From Zymomonas mobilis subsp. mobilis ATCC 10988 (lineage in GTDB: Bacteria; Pseudomonadota; Alphaproteobacteria; Sphingomonadales; Sphingomonadaceae): a stretch of DNA of 32,000 nucleotides. Location of the stretch: positions 900,001-932,000 of the forward strand of contig NC_017262.1 of NCBI RefSeq assembly GCF_000175255.2, in the 5' to 3' direction. Shown one piece after another: positions 1-9,475 of this stretch. Below the pieces are notes generated by a model, which was not told where the DNA came from, did no database searches, and saw nothing but the letters and a program-made list of their open reading frames with translations. The stretch's first letter is position 1. Every line of letters starts with the position of its first letter. Both the position numbers and the translations under genes were made by a program.

Positions 1-161
1 AAGGTCGCTATGGCTGGGGACGCGCGGCCATTGCCGAGAATGCGGATGAATCTGAATTCACCCGCTATATCGACAAGCGGAAACGCTTTGACCCCGATCT
101 ATGGATTATCGAATTGGAAGGACGGCAAAGCGAAAGCCTTGCCCTTTCCCTTCTCGCCTAA
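1..161 (+). CDS. 3' end of an unidentified protein-coding gene; the 5' part lies outside the window
   Basis: Frame 3 is open from the window edge to TAA at 159-161. It translates to a protein-like tail (GRYGWGRAAIAENADESEFTRYIDKRKRFDPDLWIIELEGRQSESLALSLLA). Family not recognised. Preferred over the tracked ORF 10..267, which overlaps the ankyrin gene. Confidence 0.35.
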   Translation, partial: GRYGWGRAAIAENADESEFTRYIDKRKRFDPDLWIIELEGRQSESLALSLLA

Positions 162-164
162 AAA

Positions 165-767
165 TCAGCGGCGCAGCACAGGGCCCATCATCGGCTTTTT
201 AACAATGGGCTGCGCCGTATCCAAAATTTTCACAATAGCCGAAGATCGACCATCCTGTCCGGCATAATCCAAAGCTGAACGTCCGGCGATATGATCTTTG
301 ATGGACGGATCAGCATGATTATCGACCAGCAATCTGACCATTTGTAAATTGCGGTTTTGCACGGCAATAATCAACGGGGTCTGACCGCTATTATCGGTAA
401 TATTGGGATCGGCACCGCCTTCCAGTAATAATTGCGCGCCATCTGCCCAACCGATCTGGGTTGCCACCATCAAAGGCGTTTGCCCCGCCTTGTTTTTAGC
501 ATCGACCCGCGCTCTTTTATAAAGGAAATAGGCTAACCACGCATTATCCCGCCCTCTGGTTGTCAGATGCAAAGCGGTGTCGCCCGTGTTATAATCCTTA
601 CTGTCGATGATGCTGGGCTGACGATCGACAAGGGTCGTAATCTGAGTAGTGTCATGATCACGAACCGCTTTTAGAAAAGTATAGTTATCACTCTCCGCCT
701 GTGCCGCTATCGGGGTCACAGCCAATCCCAAGGCCAATATAAAGCCGGAAATTTTTCTAAAAGACAT
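165..767 (-). CDS. Secreted ankyrin-repeat protein
   Basis: 200-aa ORF. The N-terminus looks like a signal peptide (MSFRKISGFILALGLAVTPIAAQA|E). It is followed by about 4 ankyrin-type repeats (GDTALHL..., GQTPLMVATQIGWADGAQLLLEGGADPN, GQTPLIIAVQNRNLQMVRLLVDNHADPS, GRSALDYA). Confidence 0.85.
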   Translation of the reverse strand: MSFRKISGFILALGLAVTPIAAQAESDNYTFLKAVRDHDTTQITTLVDRQPSIIDSKDYNTGDTALHLTTRGRDNAWLAYFLYKRARVDAKNKAGQTPLMVATQIGWADGAQLLLEGGADPNITDNSGQTPLIIAVQNRNLQMVRLLVDNHADPSIKDHIAGRSALDYAGQDGRSSAIVKILDTAQPIVKKPMMGPVLRR

Positions 768-946
768 TTCTTTCTCCGCTTGGCGACATGGTTTTTCCTG
801 TCACCCTTCTTTTTATACTTATCAATGGGCAATCAGGCTATTTTCATAATATTACAGGAAATATCACTACAAAAGGCCGGTTAACAGGTTATGGAAAAAT
901 CCTGTTTCCTTTTCCAAAAAATTTTCCAATGCATAAAGGCTTATAA

Positions 947-1381
947 ATGATTGATCGTTTCTGGGAAAAAATTCCGTTGGACGCCATGAAAAGGGAGGAA
1001 TGGGAAGCCCTATGCGATGGCTGCGGCAAATGCTGTCTTTTCAAACTCGAAGATGAAGATACCGGCGATGTTGTTTATACCAATGTGGCCTGCCGCCTTT
1101 TAGATCGTGCCAGCGGCCAATGCTGTAATTACAAGCATCGCAAAAAATACGTTCCCGATTGCGTTCGTCTAGAGGTCTCGTTACTCGGCAAAATCCCGTG
1201 GCTTCCCGAAAGCTGCGCCTATCGCTTGCTCTACGAAGGCCAAGCTTTACCGGAATGGCATTATCTCCTTTGTGGTGATCGCGATGCCGTGCATCGGGTA
1301 GGTGAATCCGTCCAAGGCTGGACAGTATCCGAAGATCAAGCCGGTGATCTTGAAAATCACCTTGTCGAGCCTCCGATCTAA
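947..1381 (+). CDS. ycgN: YcgN/UPF0260-family cysteine-cluster protein
   Basis: 144-aa ORF with the characteristic EWEALCDGCGKCCLFKLEDEDTG...VACRLLD...CCNY...VPDC pattern of the UPF0260 (YcgN) family. Confidence 0.85.
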   Translation: MIDRFWEKIPLDAMKREEWEALCDGCGKCCLFKLEDEDTGDVVYTNVACRLLDRASGQCCNYKHRKKYVPDCVRLEVSLLGKIPWLPESCAYRLLYEGQALPEWHYLLCGDRDAVHRVGESVQGWTVSEDQAGDLENHLVEPPI

Positions 1382-1429
1382 AAATGGGTCAATCAAAGCA
1401 TAAAAATCGCTATTTTTAGATGAATTTCT

Positions 1430-1450
1430 GGGGCATTTCGCCCCTTTTTG
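1430..1450 (+). terminator. Rho-independent terminator downstream of ycgN
   Basis: GGGGC-ATTTC-GCCCC hairpin (1430-1444) followed directly by TTTTT (1445-1449), about 50 nt after the ycgN stop. Confidence 0.55.
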
Positions 1451-1728
1451 TTATTCAAAAATAAACGATGATAGTTGTCTATTTCGGGAAAATATTCGAT
1501 ATTCCTATTCAATTTTAAAATAATAATTTATATAAAACATCACTCTTAAAATTAAATTTTTATATTTTACTCTTCCTAATAATGTTGATACTTTCTCTTA
1601 CAAGTCTTTTTAAATAAATTTCTCTCTCACAGTTAATGTTACACTATATTTCTAATACTATAATGTAACAAAAAAGAAGAAATATAAATTTTTTACTGAA
1701 GTAAAAATAAAACAATACGGAATTTGAT

Positions 1729-4152
1729 ATGGCTTTATGCCACGAAAAAGACAGACTTTTATTATCAGCTACGATGCCACATCTGCTACCGTCTCTGATT
1801 GGTCTTTATCTTTCGGTTTGTCCCTCCGGCCTCTGGGCGGAATCGATCGCTCTTCCGCCACAGGATGCCCAAAAACCATCGCCGTCTTTTTCCGAGCAAT
1901 CCCCAAACACAGATTTACCTAAAGCAGAGAAGATAGCCGAGACATCCAAGGCAACGGACAAGCCTCTTTCGTCCGACAGCCTTCCAAAGGCCAAAATGCC
2001 GCTGCCCTCTACATCCAAAGAGAGCGGGGAGATTATCGTCACCTCCAAAAAACAGAGCGATGTGATCCAAAATACTGGCCGTTCCATCAGTCTCATTTCC
2101 GGCGACATATTGACGACCCGTAATGTGAATACTGTCTTTGATCTACAATATCAGACGGTTTCACTACAGGTCACCCCACAATTCGGAAGCGGCCAACCTG
2201 TTTTTGCGATGCGCGGGGTGGGATTCAACAATTATTCCAGCAACAATGCGTCTTCCGTTCTGGTTTACATTGACGGTGTCGCCAATCCTGTTTCTTTCGC
2301 CACAAATGGGATGATGTTTGATATTCAGCATGTCGAGATTGCACGCGGAGCGCAAGGCACTGCTTCCGGTCGCAATACAACCGGTGGTTCGATCAATTAC
2401 ATCCTCAATAGACCCAGCGACCATTATACGGGCGGTATTTCGGTTCAATATAGCCGTTTCAATGCGACCAAAATTGATGGTTATATTTCAGGTGGGATCA
2501 ATGACCGGCTCCGCTTCCGTTTGGCCGGACAAAGCGAGCAAGGCGGCGCATGGCAGCATAATGACCAAGGGCAATCTTTAGGACGCACGAACCGCAATGC
2601 CGCCAGATTGCTGTTTGACTATGATGCCAATGACAGCCTGACCTTTGAACTGAATCTTCATGGTAGCTATGACCGCTCGGACTCCAGTGGACTACATCTT
2701 TTTACGCCTCTTACCGCTGTTTCGGGACAAAGCACTCCGGCGGATCAAAGCCGCTATATCACCCGCTGGGGAACGTCAGCCGCTTTCGCCAAGGAAATCG
2801 GGGTTAACCCGAATAGCAAACCCTTCAGCCATATTGATACCGGCGGGGTCAGCTTTAAAAGCAAGCAAGAATTCTCTTTTGCCAGTCTGACTAATCTCTT
2901 TAGCTATGACGGCATCAAAAGGCGCGAATATGACAATTTCGATGCCTCGACTTTGGGCTTGGCGGACGTCGCTTTTAATACAAAAGCGCGCGTTCTTGCG
3001 AATGAGATCCGGCTGGAATCTGATCCACAGGATCGTTTAAGCTGGGTCGGTGGCCTTTATTACAGTCATCAGTCTCTCAGCGATCGCTATCAATCCGGCT
3101 TTACCGATGCGTCAGCTTATTCTTTAGAAGGCGATGTCCGTTATAGTCAAAGGGTGGATACAGTCGCCGCTTTTGGTCAGGTCAATTACCATTTCTCTCA
3201 TAAATTAAATTTTATCGGAGGCTTCCGTATCGAGCATGAATCCCGCAGCCTTTTAAATCTGGCCTCTCACTATATTTCGAATGGTGTAGTCATTAACCCT
3301 GATAATGTCACAGACCATAACCATACCGGTTTTACCCTGCCAACCGGAAAGGTTGAAATCGATTATCATCCTGTCAAAAATGATATGCTCTATGCGTCTT
3401 TTACACGCGGCATAAAATCCGGTGGATTCACAACCAATAATTCCAATAACGTCACTTTAACCGCCAAGCCGTTCAAAGCAGAATCGGTTTTAGCTTATGA
3501 AGTCGGCAATAAATTAACACTACCAAAATCGCATTTCACCTTGAATGTGGCCGGTTTCTATTATGACTATAGCAATCAACAAATTCAGTCTGCGACATTT
3601 AATAGTTTGAATGGTGGCTTGATCGGGCTGATCGTTAATGCGCCCCGATCTCATCTTTATGGCGGGGAGATAGAAGCGACATGGATGCCGATAAAATCAC
3701 TCACGCTTTCACAATCGGCAGGCTGGGCAATTGGTCAATATGACCGTTTCTCTTCTTTGAAGGGCGTGCAAAAATTGCCGGATAACAGCTATGTCGGTAT
3801 TTATAAAAGCCGCAAGGGTGAGGCCTTACCCTTCCCGCAATTTACGCTTAATGGTTCAGCCAGCTATCGCTGGACAATCGGTGATTTCTATCTGACCACC
3901 GGTATGAATTACAGCCGAAGAAGCCGTTATCATTCTTTCTATGGCGGCGTTTATAATGTTCCAGCCTATAGCTTATGGGGGGCTGACATCACGCTTTCAC
4001 CCAAAAACAGCCGCTGGACAGTCGCCATTTTCGGCAAAAATATTTTTAACAAGCGCTATGACGTCACCCGCAATTTTTTCATTTCCGGCGATAATATTGC
4101 TCTCTCCGGTATGCCGGCAACATGGGGCGTAAGGTTAAGCGGCAAATTCTGA
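1729..4152 (+). CDS. TonB-dependent outer-membrane receptor, substrate unknown
   Basis: 807-aa ORF with a hydrophobic signal-like N-terminus and a Pro/Ser/Lys-rich linker. It has a plug-type segment (GEIIVTSKK...ISLISGDIL...RGAQGTASGRNTTGGSINY) and a long beta-barrel body. The C-terminus is typical of the family (TWGVRLSGKF, terminal Phe). The true start may be the internal Met (MPHLLPSLIG...). Confidence 0.9.
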   Translation: MALCHEKDRLLLSATMPHLLPSLIGLYLSVCPSGLWAESIALPPQDAQKPSPSFSEQSPNTDLPKAEKIAETSKATDKPLSSDSLPKAKMPLPSTSKESGEIIVTSKKQSDVIQNTGRSISLISGDILTTRNVNTVFDLQYQTVSLQVTPQFGSGQPVFAMRGVGFNNYSSNNASSVLVYIDGVANPVSFATNGMMFDIQHVEIARGAQGTASGRNTTGGSINYILNRPSDHYTGGISVQYSRFNATKIDGYISGGINDRLRFRLAGQSEQGGAWQHNDQGQSLGRTNRNAARLLFDYDANDSLTFELNLHGSYDRSDSSGLHLFTPLTAVSGQSTPADQSRYITRWGTSAAFAKEIGVNPNSKPFSHIDTGGVSFKSKQEFSFASLTNLFSYDGIKRREYDNFDASTLGLADVAFNTKARVLANEIRLESDPQDRLSWVGGLYYSHQSLSDRYQSGFTDASAYSLEGDVRYSQRVDTVAAFGQVNYHFSHKLNFIGGFRIEHESRSLLNLASHYISNGVVINPDNVTDHNHTGFTLPTGKVEIDYHPVKNDMLYASFTRGIKSGGFTTNNSNNVTLTAKPFKAESVLAYEVGNKLTLPKSHFTLNVAGFYYDYSNQQIQSATFNSLNGGLIGLIVNAPRSHLYGGEIEATWMPIKSLTLSQSAGWAIGQYDRFSSLKGVQKLPDNSYVGIYKSRKGEALPFPQFTLNGSASYRWTIGDFYLTTGMNYSRRSRYHSFYGGVYNVPAYSLWGADITLSPKNSRWTVAIFGKNIFNKRYDVTRNFFISGDNIALSGMPATWGVRLSGKF

Positions 4153-4154
4153 TT

Positions 4155-4546
4155 TTCAGTCGATATAAGACGATATCTCTATCAAATTCTTATCGGGATT
4201 ACGGCAATAAACAGAATTGATGGTCCCTCTAGCACTTTGTTTCACAACAGGCTCCAATTCTATTTCAACGTTATAATGCTTTAAAGGCTCGACCACCTGA
4301 TCCGGCGATATCCCCACCAGAAAACATAAATCACAGTCACCCTACGCCGGATTATCGGCCGTAAGCTAGGCTTTCTGACTGGCTTAGATAGGGCGGAGGT
4401 TGATTTTCTATTTTCCAAATAAAAGGATATTTCTCGGCGCATCCCCCTTGCTTTGATGAAACCAGCTAATGCTTCATGCCTAAAACGGCCAGATAGCATT
4501 CCGCCATCTGTTGGGGATTACTTGTATTGATAACGATATAATCAAT
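4155..4546 (-). pseudogene. Decayed VOC-family (glyoxalase/bleomycin-resistance/dioxygenase-like) gene
   Basis: My own minus-strand translation gives SIDYIVINTSNPQQMAECYLAVLGMKH*, then after a frame change LLFGK*KINLRPI*ASQKA*LTADNPA*GDCDLCFLVGISPDQVVEPLKHYNVEIELEPVVKQSARGTINSVYCRNPDKNLIEISSYID*. This follows the VOC pattern (FY..VLGM, FGNQKINLH, DLCF, SVYFRDPDGNLIE) over a full-length span of about 130 codons. It carries at least 4 in-frame stops, at least one frameshift and no start codon. Confidence 0.6.
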
Positions 4547-4833
4547 AGAAGAGACAGATAGCCTTTTAATCTCTCAATTTCTCTTCCAAAAGACACGCTT
4601 TGGAATAATCATCCCCCGACAACCCCATAATCTCTCTAATGAAAAAAGATAGATTCTAAAAAATGGGCAATAGTCGCAACAGAAACTAAGCATCGCCATC
4701 CTATTAAAGGACTTCATTATAGAATAGGCTTCAACCGAAGCAATCATTTCAAAAAATATATGTATATCATTTAAAAATAGTATAATAATTTATAAAAATT
4801 AAATATTAAATTATCTTATAAAAGAAAAAGAAG

Positions 4834-6732
4834 ATGAAGCGCTCCCTTTCCTATGCCTCTTTTTTGAGAAGATCGCTCGCGATACTGCCTTTTCTTCTGC
4901 CCTGCTCTTCAAAAACGCATGCTCTAACCACTATGCAAAGATACCAGATAGAGGATATTAAACGCATAGCATCACGGGGAGATCATAAGGTAGAATATAT
5001 CTTGGGGACTTTCTATTCTAAAGGCGATGTTGAAGGTATTCCGAAAGATTTTCATTTAGCTCTACATTGGTATCAAGAGGCCGCTAAAGACGGAGATAAA
5101 GAAGCGGCCCAAATGATCGGCCTCCTTTATTATAATGGCGATGGTGTTCCAATAGATATCGCGAAAGCAGCCTACTGGTTTGAAAAAGCGGCGAATGCTG
5201 GCAATTGGGACGCGGCCAGACGTTTGGCAACGCTCTATATCAATGGAGAAGGTGTTCCTAAAAATGTCGAAAAAGGCATTTCGTGGTATAAGAAAGCGAT
5301 CCTATCAGGGGATATTGATTCTGCCCGTCGCCTAGGCATGCTTTATTGGATGGGCGATGATGTGCCGCGCGATCAAGAAAAGGCACTCCATTGGCTCGAA
5401 AATTCAGCCAATAACGGGGATTGGGATGCCTCACAAATGCTTTCCCGATTTTATATTTTGGGAGAAAATATACCCTTTGACAAAGAAAAAGGACTCTATT
5501 GGCTCGAAAAATCAGCAAAACAGGGAGGTGTCATTTCGCAAGAAATATTAGCAAATCTCTATTATTCGGGTCAGATGCTTCCTCTTGATAAAAAAAAGGC
5601 AGCCTACTGGTATGAGCAAGCGGCCAAAGAGCATGACGGCTCAGCAGCAAAAATGCTGGGGGCTATTTATTACAATGGTGAAGATGTCAAACAAAATAAG
5701 GAATTAGGCCGCTATTGGATAGAACAGGCCGCAAAATGGGGAGATCCCGAAGCCCAAAGAATTACCAGCATGTTTTATCAGGAATCGGATACGTTAGAGG
5801 ATAAGGAAAAAGCCGAATTTTGGCTTAAAACGGCAGCTCTGGCAGGCGATAAAGAAGCTCAAAAACAAGTAAGCATTCTCTACACGAATAAAGACCCAAA
5901 AATTTCAGAAATACATCCACAGATTATAAAACTTCTCCGCGAAAAAGCTGAAAAAGGCGATAAAGAAGCCCAATATGATTTCGCTTTGAAATATTATGAA
6001 GGCAAAGAAATCTCTCAAAATTTCAAACAAGCGGCCTATTGGTTTCAAAAAGCAGCGGATCAAGGCGATCCTAGTGCTACTCTCAATTTAGGCGCGCTTT
6101 ATTATGATGGAAAGCTGGGAAAAACAGATTTTTCGAAAGCGGCGACTCTTTTTCAAAAAACGGCTGACCAAAACTATCCCAAAGCCCAGCTCTTTCTAGG
6201 GATTCTCTATGAAAGAGGTGAAGGCGTCCCTCAAGACACCCAAAAAGCCCTTTCTTTATACAAACAGGCCGCTAACCTAGGGGAAGCTGAAGCACAATTC
6301 ATTCTCGGTTATCACTATGGCACAGGAAAAATTGTGCCACTCAATTTAAAAAAGGCAGCCTCTTGGTATAACAAAGCCGCTCATGCAGGTAGCTTACGCG
6401 GCCAAATCAATTTAGGCATTGCCTATATGCTCGGAGCAGGGGTTCCTAAAAATATTCTGGTAGCTATTTACTGGTTACAACAGGCAGCAAAATCAGACGA
6501 CATCAAAGCCGAAATCAATCTTGGCAAGATTTACGCCGACCCGAAAAATCAAGAAATTTTTGCACTGGATACAGCGAAAGACTGGTTCAAAAAAGCCGCC
6601 GATCAAGGTTCGGAAGACGCTAAAAACTATCTTGCCAGCCTTACCCCTGTAGAAGCTCCAAATGGGACACTCTCAAAAACGGAAATTCTGCCACAGATCA
6701 CCGAAGAGAGTCAGGCAAAGCCAGAATCCTAA
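4834..6732 (+). CDS. Sel1-like repeat (SLR/TPR-like) protein, probably exported
   Basis: 632-aa ORF with a hydrophobic N-terminus (LAILPFLLPCSS). About 15 tandem Sel1-type repeats follow (e.g. AAYWFEKAANAGNWDAARRLATLYINGEGVPKN, AAYWFQKAADQGDPSATLNLGALYYDG). Confidence 0.9.
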   Translation: MKRSLSYASFLRRSLAILPFLLPCSSKTHALTTMQRYQIEDIKRIASRGDHKVEYILGTFYSKGDVEGIPKDFHLALHWYQEAAKDGDKEAAQMIGLLYYNGDGVPIDIAKAAYWFEKAANAGNWDAARRLATLYINGEGVPKNVEKGISWYKKAILSGDIDSARRLGMLYWMGDDVPRDQEKALHWLENSANNGDWDASQMLSRFYILGENIPFDKEKGLYWLEKSAKQGGVISQEILANLYYSGQMLPLDKKKAAYWYEQAAKEHDGSAAKMLGAIYYNGEDVKQNKELGRYWIEQAAKWGDPEAQRITSMFYQESDTLEDKEKAEFWLKTAALAGDKEAQKQVSILYTNKDPKISEIHPQIIKLLREKAEKGDKEAQYDFALKYYEGKEISQNFKQAAYWFQKAADQGDPSATLNLGALYYDGKLGKTDFSKAATLFQKTADQNYPKAQLFLGILYERGEGVPQDTQKALSLYKQAANLGEAEAQFILGYHYGTGKIVPLNLKKAASWYNKAAHAGSLRGQINLGIAYMLGAGVPKNILVAIYWLQQAAKSDDIKAEINLGKIYADPKNQEIFALDTAKDWFKKAADQGSEDAKNYLASLTPVEAPNGTLSKTEILPQITEESQAKPES

Positions 6733-6745
6733 CAATACAGGAAAC

Positions 6746-6762
6746 GGCTTTTTCAAAAAGCC
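6746..6762. terminator. Short bidirectional hairpin between the convergent Sel1 and mrr genes
   Basis: Perfect palindrome GGCTTTTT-C-AAAAAGCC in the 29-bp gap between the two stop codons; it touches the mrr stop. The stem is A/T-rich, so the structure is weak. Confidence 0.35.
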
Positions 6763-7685
6763 TATTCAGGATTAAAGAAATCCAAATCAACTCGTTTGAT
6801 TTCTATTCTGCGACTGGTTCTGACACCAACATTATGTTCGATCATTAAATTTGCGAGTTTTTCACCATTGATTAGAATAACCCGCTGCGGCAAATGCTCG
6901 ACATATTCCAAAGCGGGGGCGCTAAAAGAAGAGGTCGTCACAAAAACCCCTTTTGTAGCACGATGCCCAACCAGACTACCGACAAAAGCCTGTATTTCCG
7001 GCCGTCCGACACTGACATGGGCAGCATAACGTTTGGCCTGAACATAGATGCAATCAATGCCCAAACGATCTTCATTGATAACACCATCGACACCACCATC
7101 ACCCGTTCCCCCAATCCGACGAGCCGCATCCTCATGATTGCCGCCATAGCCCATAGCCACCATCAGATCGACGATCAGCTGTTCAAAAAAACTGGGATTT
7201 TTCTCGGAAATCTGGTTCAAAATATCAGTGCGTAATTCATTTTGAAGCTCTTCATGGGCGGCATCAATTCGCTCTTCTGGTGTTCCGGTCACTGTTTCTT
7301 GGGCGACAATCTGAACGACATCTTCGCGCGTGTCGGATTTAGAATTGCGGTTACAATATTCGATAAAAGACGGATATTGCTTTAAAGTCGCTACTGTAAT
7401 TTCAGGAGGATTGCGTCGTAAAAGCCTTTTTCCAGCCTCACTGGCGATGAATTGCCCTCTTGTCGGACTAATCAGTAAACCAGCTTGTGTCAGATAAGTT
7501 TTTGCCCATCTAATGCGATTATAAAATAATCTTTCCCGACCACTAGGCAGCATCACTTCGCGATCCTCTGCCGAAAGCCCTAATCCATCGGCAATCGCCG
7601 TTTCGGTTTCCGCCATGCGTTTTTTTCCTGTTGCGGCAAAACGCAAAACAGGCAGCATCAATTCGGAAAAACTGGGAACCGCCAT
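6762..7685 (-). CDS. mrr: Mrr-family type IV (modification-dependent) restriction endonuclease
   Basis: 307-aa ORF. The N-terminal Mrr_N-like winged-helix region reads SFSELMLPVLRF...RIRWAKTYLTQAGLL. The C-terminal Mrr catalytic core reads FEQLIVDLMVAMGYGG...GDGGVDGVINEDRLGIDCIYVQAKRY (D...D/E-x-K type). Confidence 0.9.
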   Translation of the reverse strand: MAVPSFSELMLPVLRFAATGKKRMAETETAIADGLGLSAEDREVMLPSGRERLFYNRIRWAKTYLTQAGLLISPTRGQFIASEAGKRLLRRNPPEITVATLKQYPSFIEYCNRNSKSDTREDVVQIVAQETVTGTPEERIDAAHEELQNELRTDILNQISEKNPSFFEQLIVDLMVAMGYGGNHEDAARRIGGTGDGGVDGVINEDRLGIDCIYVQAKRYAAHVSVGRPEIQAFVGSLVGHRATKGVFVTTSSFSAPALEYVEHLPQRVILINGEKLANLMIEHNVGVRTSRRIEIKRVDLDFFNPE

Positions 7686-7870
7686 TATCGAGCCTTTTAC
7701 TTAAAATAATCTATCGAAAGAAAAACTTATACTCGCCTATCCGGCGACAGAATAACAGACAGGAAAGCCCTCTTCATTTTTCAAAAAGGCGCGCCCAAAG
7801 CTAACCTCCAAGCACGCCTTATAGATTAGAAACAGGAAGGCCGAATAAACCGCCCTCCCGTTAGCTGTTT

Positions 7871-9475
7871 TTAATGCCGGAAATGGCGGGTTCCGGTAAA
7901 GATCATCGCAATACCAGCCTTATTGGCGGCATCAATGACTTCCTGATCACGGATAGACCCACCGGGCTGAATAACCGTGGTCGCTCCGGCCTCAGTCGCG
8001 GTTACCAACCCATCAGCAAATGGGAAGAAAGCATCTGAAGCCACAGCAGAACCGCGGGTGCGGCTTTCCGGCCAGCCGGCTCTCTTGGCGGCATCTTCGG
8101 CTTTCCATGCAGCGATACGCGCCGATTCCAAACGGTTCATCTGCCCCGCACCGATACCAACCGTTGCGTTGTCACGGGCATAAACAATGGCATTGGATTT
8201 GACATGCTTGGCTACCGTCCAAGCAAATAAAGCATCTTTCATCTGCTGTTCGCTGGGCTTAACTTCGGTAACCACCTGCAAGGCCTGTTCATCCAGCAAG
8301 CTGCCATCACGCGACTGGAGCAAAATACCGCCCGCAATCGAACGAAGGTTAAGGCCATTCCGTTTCGGGTCAGGCAAAGCCCCCGTAATCAATAGGCGCA
8401 GATTTTTCTTTTTGGCAAAAATCGCTTTGGCAGCCTCATCGGCAGCAGGCGCAACCACGACTTCGGTAAAGATTGAGGTGATCGCTTCGGCGGTAGCCCC
8501 ATCAAGCGGACGATTGACGGCAATAATGCCTCCGAAAGCAGAAACACTATCGCAAGCCAAAGCGGCCTTATAGGCTTCAATCAGACTATCACCAGACGCC
8601 ACACCGCAAGGATTGGCATGTTTCAGGATAACGACCGTCGGGGCAGCATCGCGGAATTCACTAATCAAATCTAAAGCAGCATCCGCATCGCCATAATTGT
8701 TATAGCTAAGCGCTTTACCCTGAATCTGTTCTGCCTGAGCAATACCATTTACAATCGGCCATTCCGGCAAATTCGGCAAGGTCGGGATATAAAGTGCCGC
8801 TTTCTGATGCGGATTTTCACCATAACGCAAAGCCGAGGCTTTTTTCAGCGGAACGGTCAGCAATTCTGGCAAATCTTCTTTCAGATCAGCCGCAAACCAT
8901 GCGGAGATAGCCGCATCATATTGCGCCGTAGCCGCATAGGCCTTGGCCGCAAAACGTCTCCGGCTGTCTAAAGTCGTGGCACCACCGTTATCCGCTAATT
9001 CAGAAATCAAACTTGGATAATCTTTCGGGTCGGTCACAATCGTCACATGATCGTGATTTTTGGCCGCCGAACGCACCATGGAAGGGCCACCAATATCAAT
9101 ATTTTCGATAACTTCCTGACGACCGGCACCCTTGGCAACCGTCTCACGGAAAGGATAAAGATTGACCACCACCAGATCAATCGCCGAGATATCATGAGCC
9201 TTCATCGCCGCTACATGTTCAGGGTTATTTCTGACCGCGAGCAAGCCACCATGAACCTTGGGATGGAGCGTTTTCACCCGACCATCCATCATTTCAGGAA
9301 AACCGGTAAAATCGCTAATATCAGTTACCGCTAAACCCGCATCGCGCAATAATTTGGCAGTGCCTCCGGTAGAAATCAATTTGATGTCATGAGCAGCTAA
9401 AGCCTGCCCCAATTCGACCAATCCCGTTTTATCAGAAACGGAAAGCAGTGCGGTTTTAATCGCTATATCGGTCAT
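7871..9475 (-). CDS. purH: Bifunctional AICAR formyltransferase / IMP cyclohydrolase
   Basis: 534-aa ORF with an MGS-like N-domain ([18 protein letters not shown]...LISTGGTAK...[11 protein letters not shown]) and an AICARFT/IMPCHase C-domain ending in the hallmark ...[11 protein letters not shown]. Confidence 0.97.
   Translation of the reverse strand: MTDIAIKTALLSVSDKTGLVELGQALAAHDIKLISTGGTAKLLRDAGLAVTDISDFTGFPEMMDGRVKTLHPKVHGGLLAVRNNPEHVAAMKAHDISAIDLVVVNLYPFRETVAKGAGRQEVIENIDIGGPSMVRSAAKNHDHVTIVTDPKDYPSLISELADNGGATTLDSRRRFAAKAYAATAQYDAAISAWFAADLKEDLPELLTVPLKKASALRYGENPHQKAALYIPTLPNLPEWPIVNGIAQAEQIQGKALSYNNYGDADAALDLISEFRDAAPTVVILKHANPCGVASGDSLIEAYKAALACDSVSAFGGIIAVNRPLDGATAEAITSIFTEVVVAPAADEAAKAIFAKKKNLRLLITGALPDPKRNGLNLRSIAGGILLQSRDGSLLDEQALQVVTEVKPSEQQMKDALFAWTVAKHVKSNAIVYARDNATVGIGAGQMNRLESARIAAWKAEDAAKRAGWPESRTRGSAVASDAFFPFADGLVTATEAGATTVIQPGGSIRDQEVIDAANKAGIAMIFTGTRHFRH

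Noticed and set aside
10-267. 85-aa plus-strand ORF at the window start
   Set aside because: It overlaps the 3' end of the well-supported ankyrin gene on the other strand and its sequence is low quality. Frame 3 (1..161) gives a more protein-like C-terminus that stops just before the ankyrin stop.
1579-1591. Fur-box-like string upstream of the TonB-dependent receptor
   Set aside because: It matches only about 9 of 14 positions of the GATAATGATAATCATTATC consensus within an almost pure A/T region, which cannot be distinguished from background.
4281-4499. 72-aa minus-strand ORF in the gap after the TonB-dependent receptor
   Set aside because: It is an out-of-frame read through the decayed VOC-family pseudogene. 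The family-like residues sit in the other two frames.
4786-4800. Exact 15-mer TAATTTATAAAAATT shared with 17981..17995, plus other 11-13-nt AT-only strings shared among the promoter regions near 1520-1560, 4780-4815 and 18440-18480
   Set aside because: In spacers that are almost pure A/T, matches of this length are expected by chance given the number of position pairs. The flanks do not extend the match, so this is not evidence for a repeat family.
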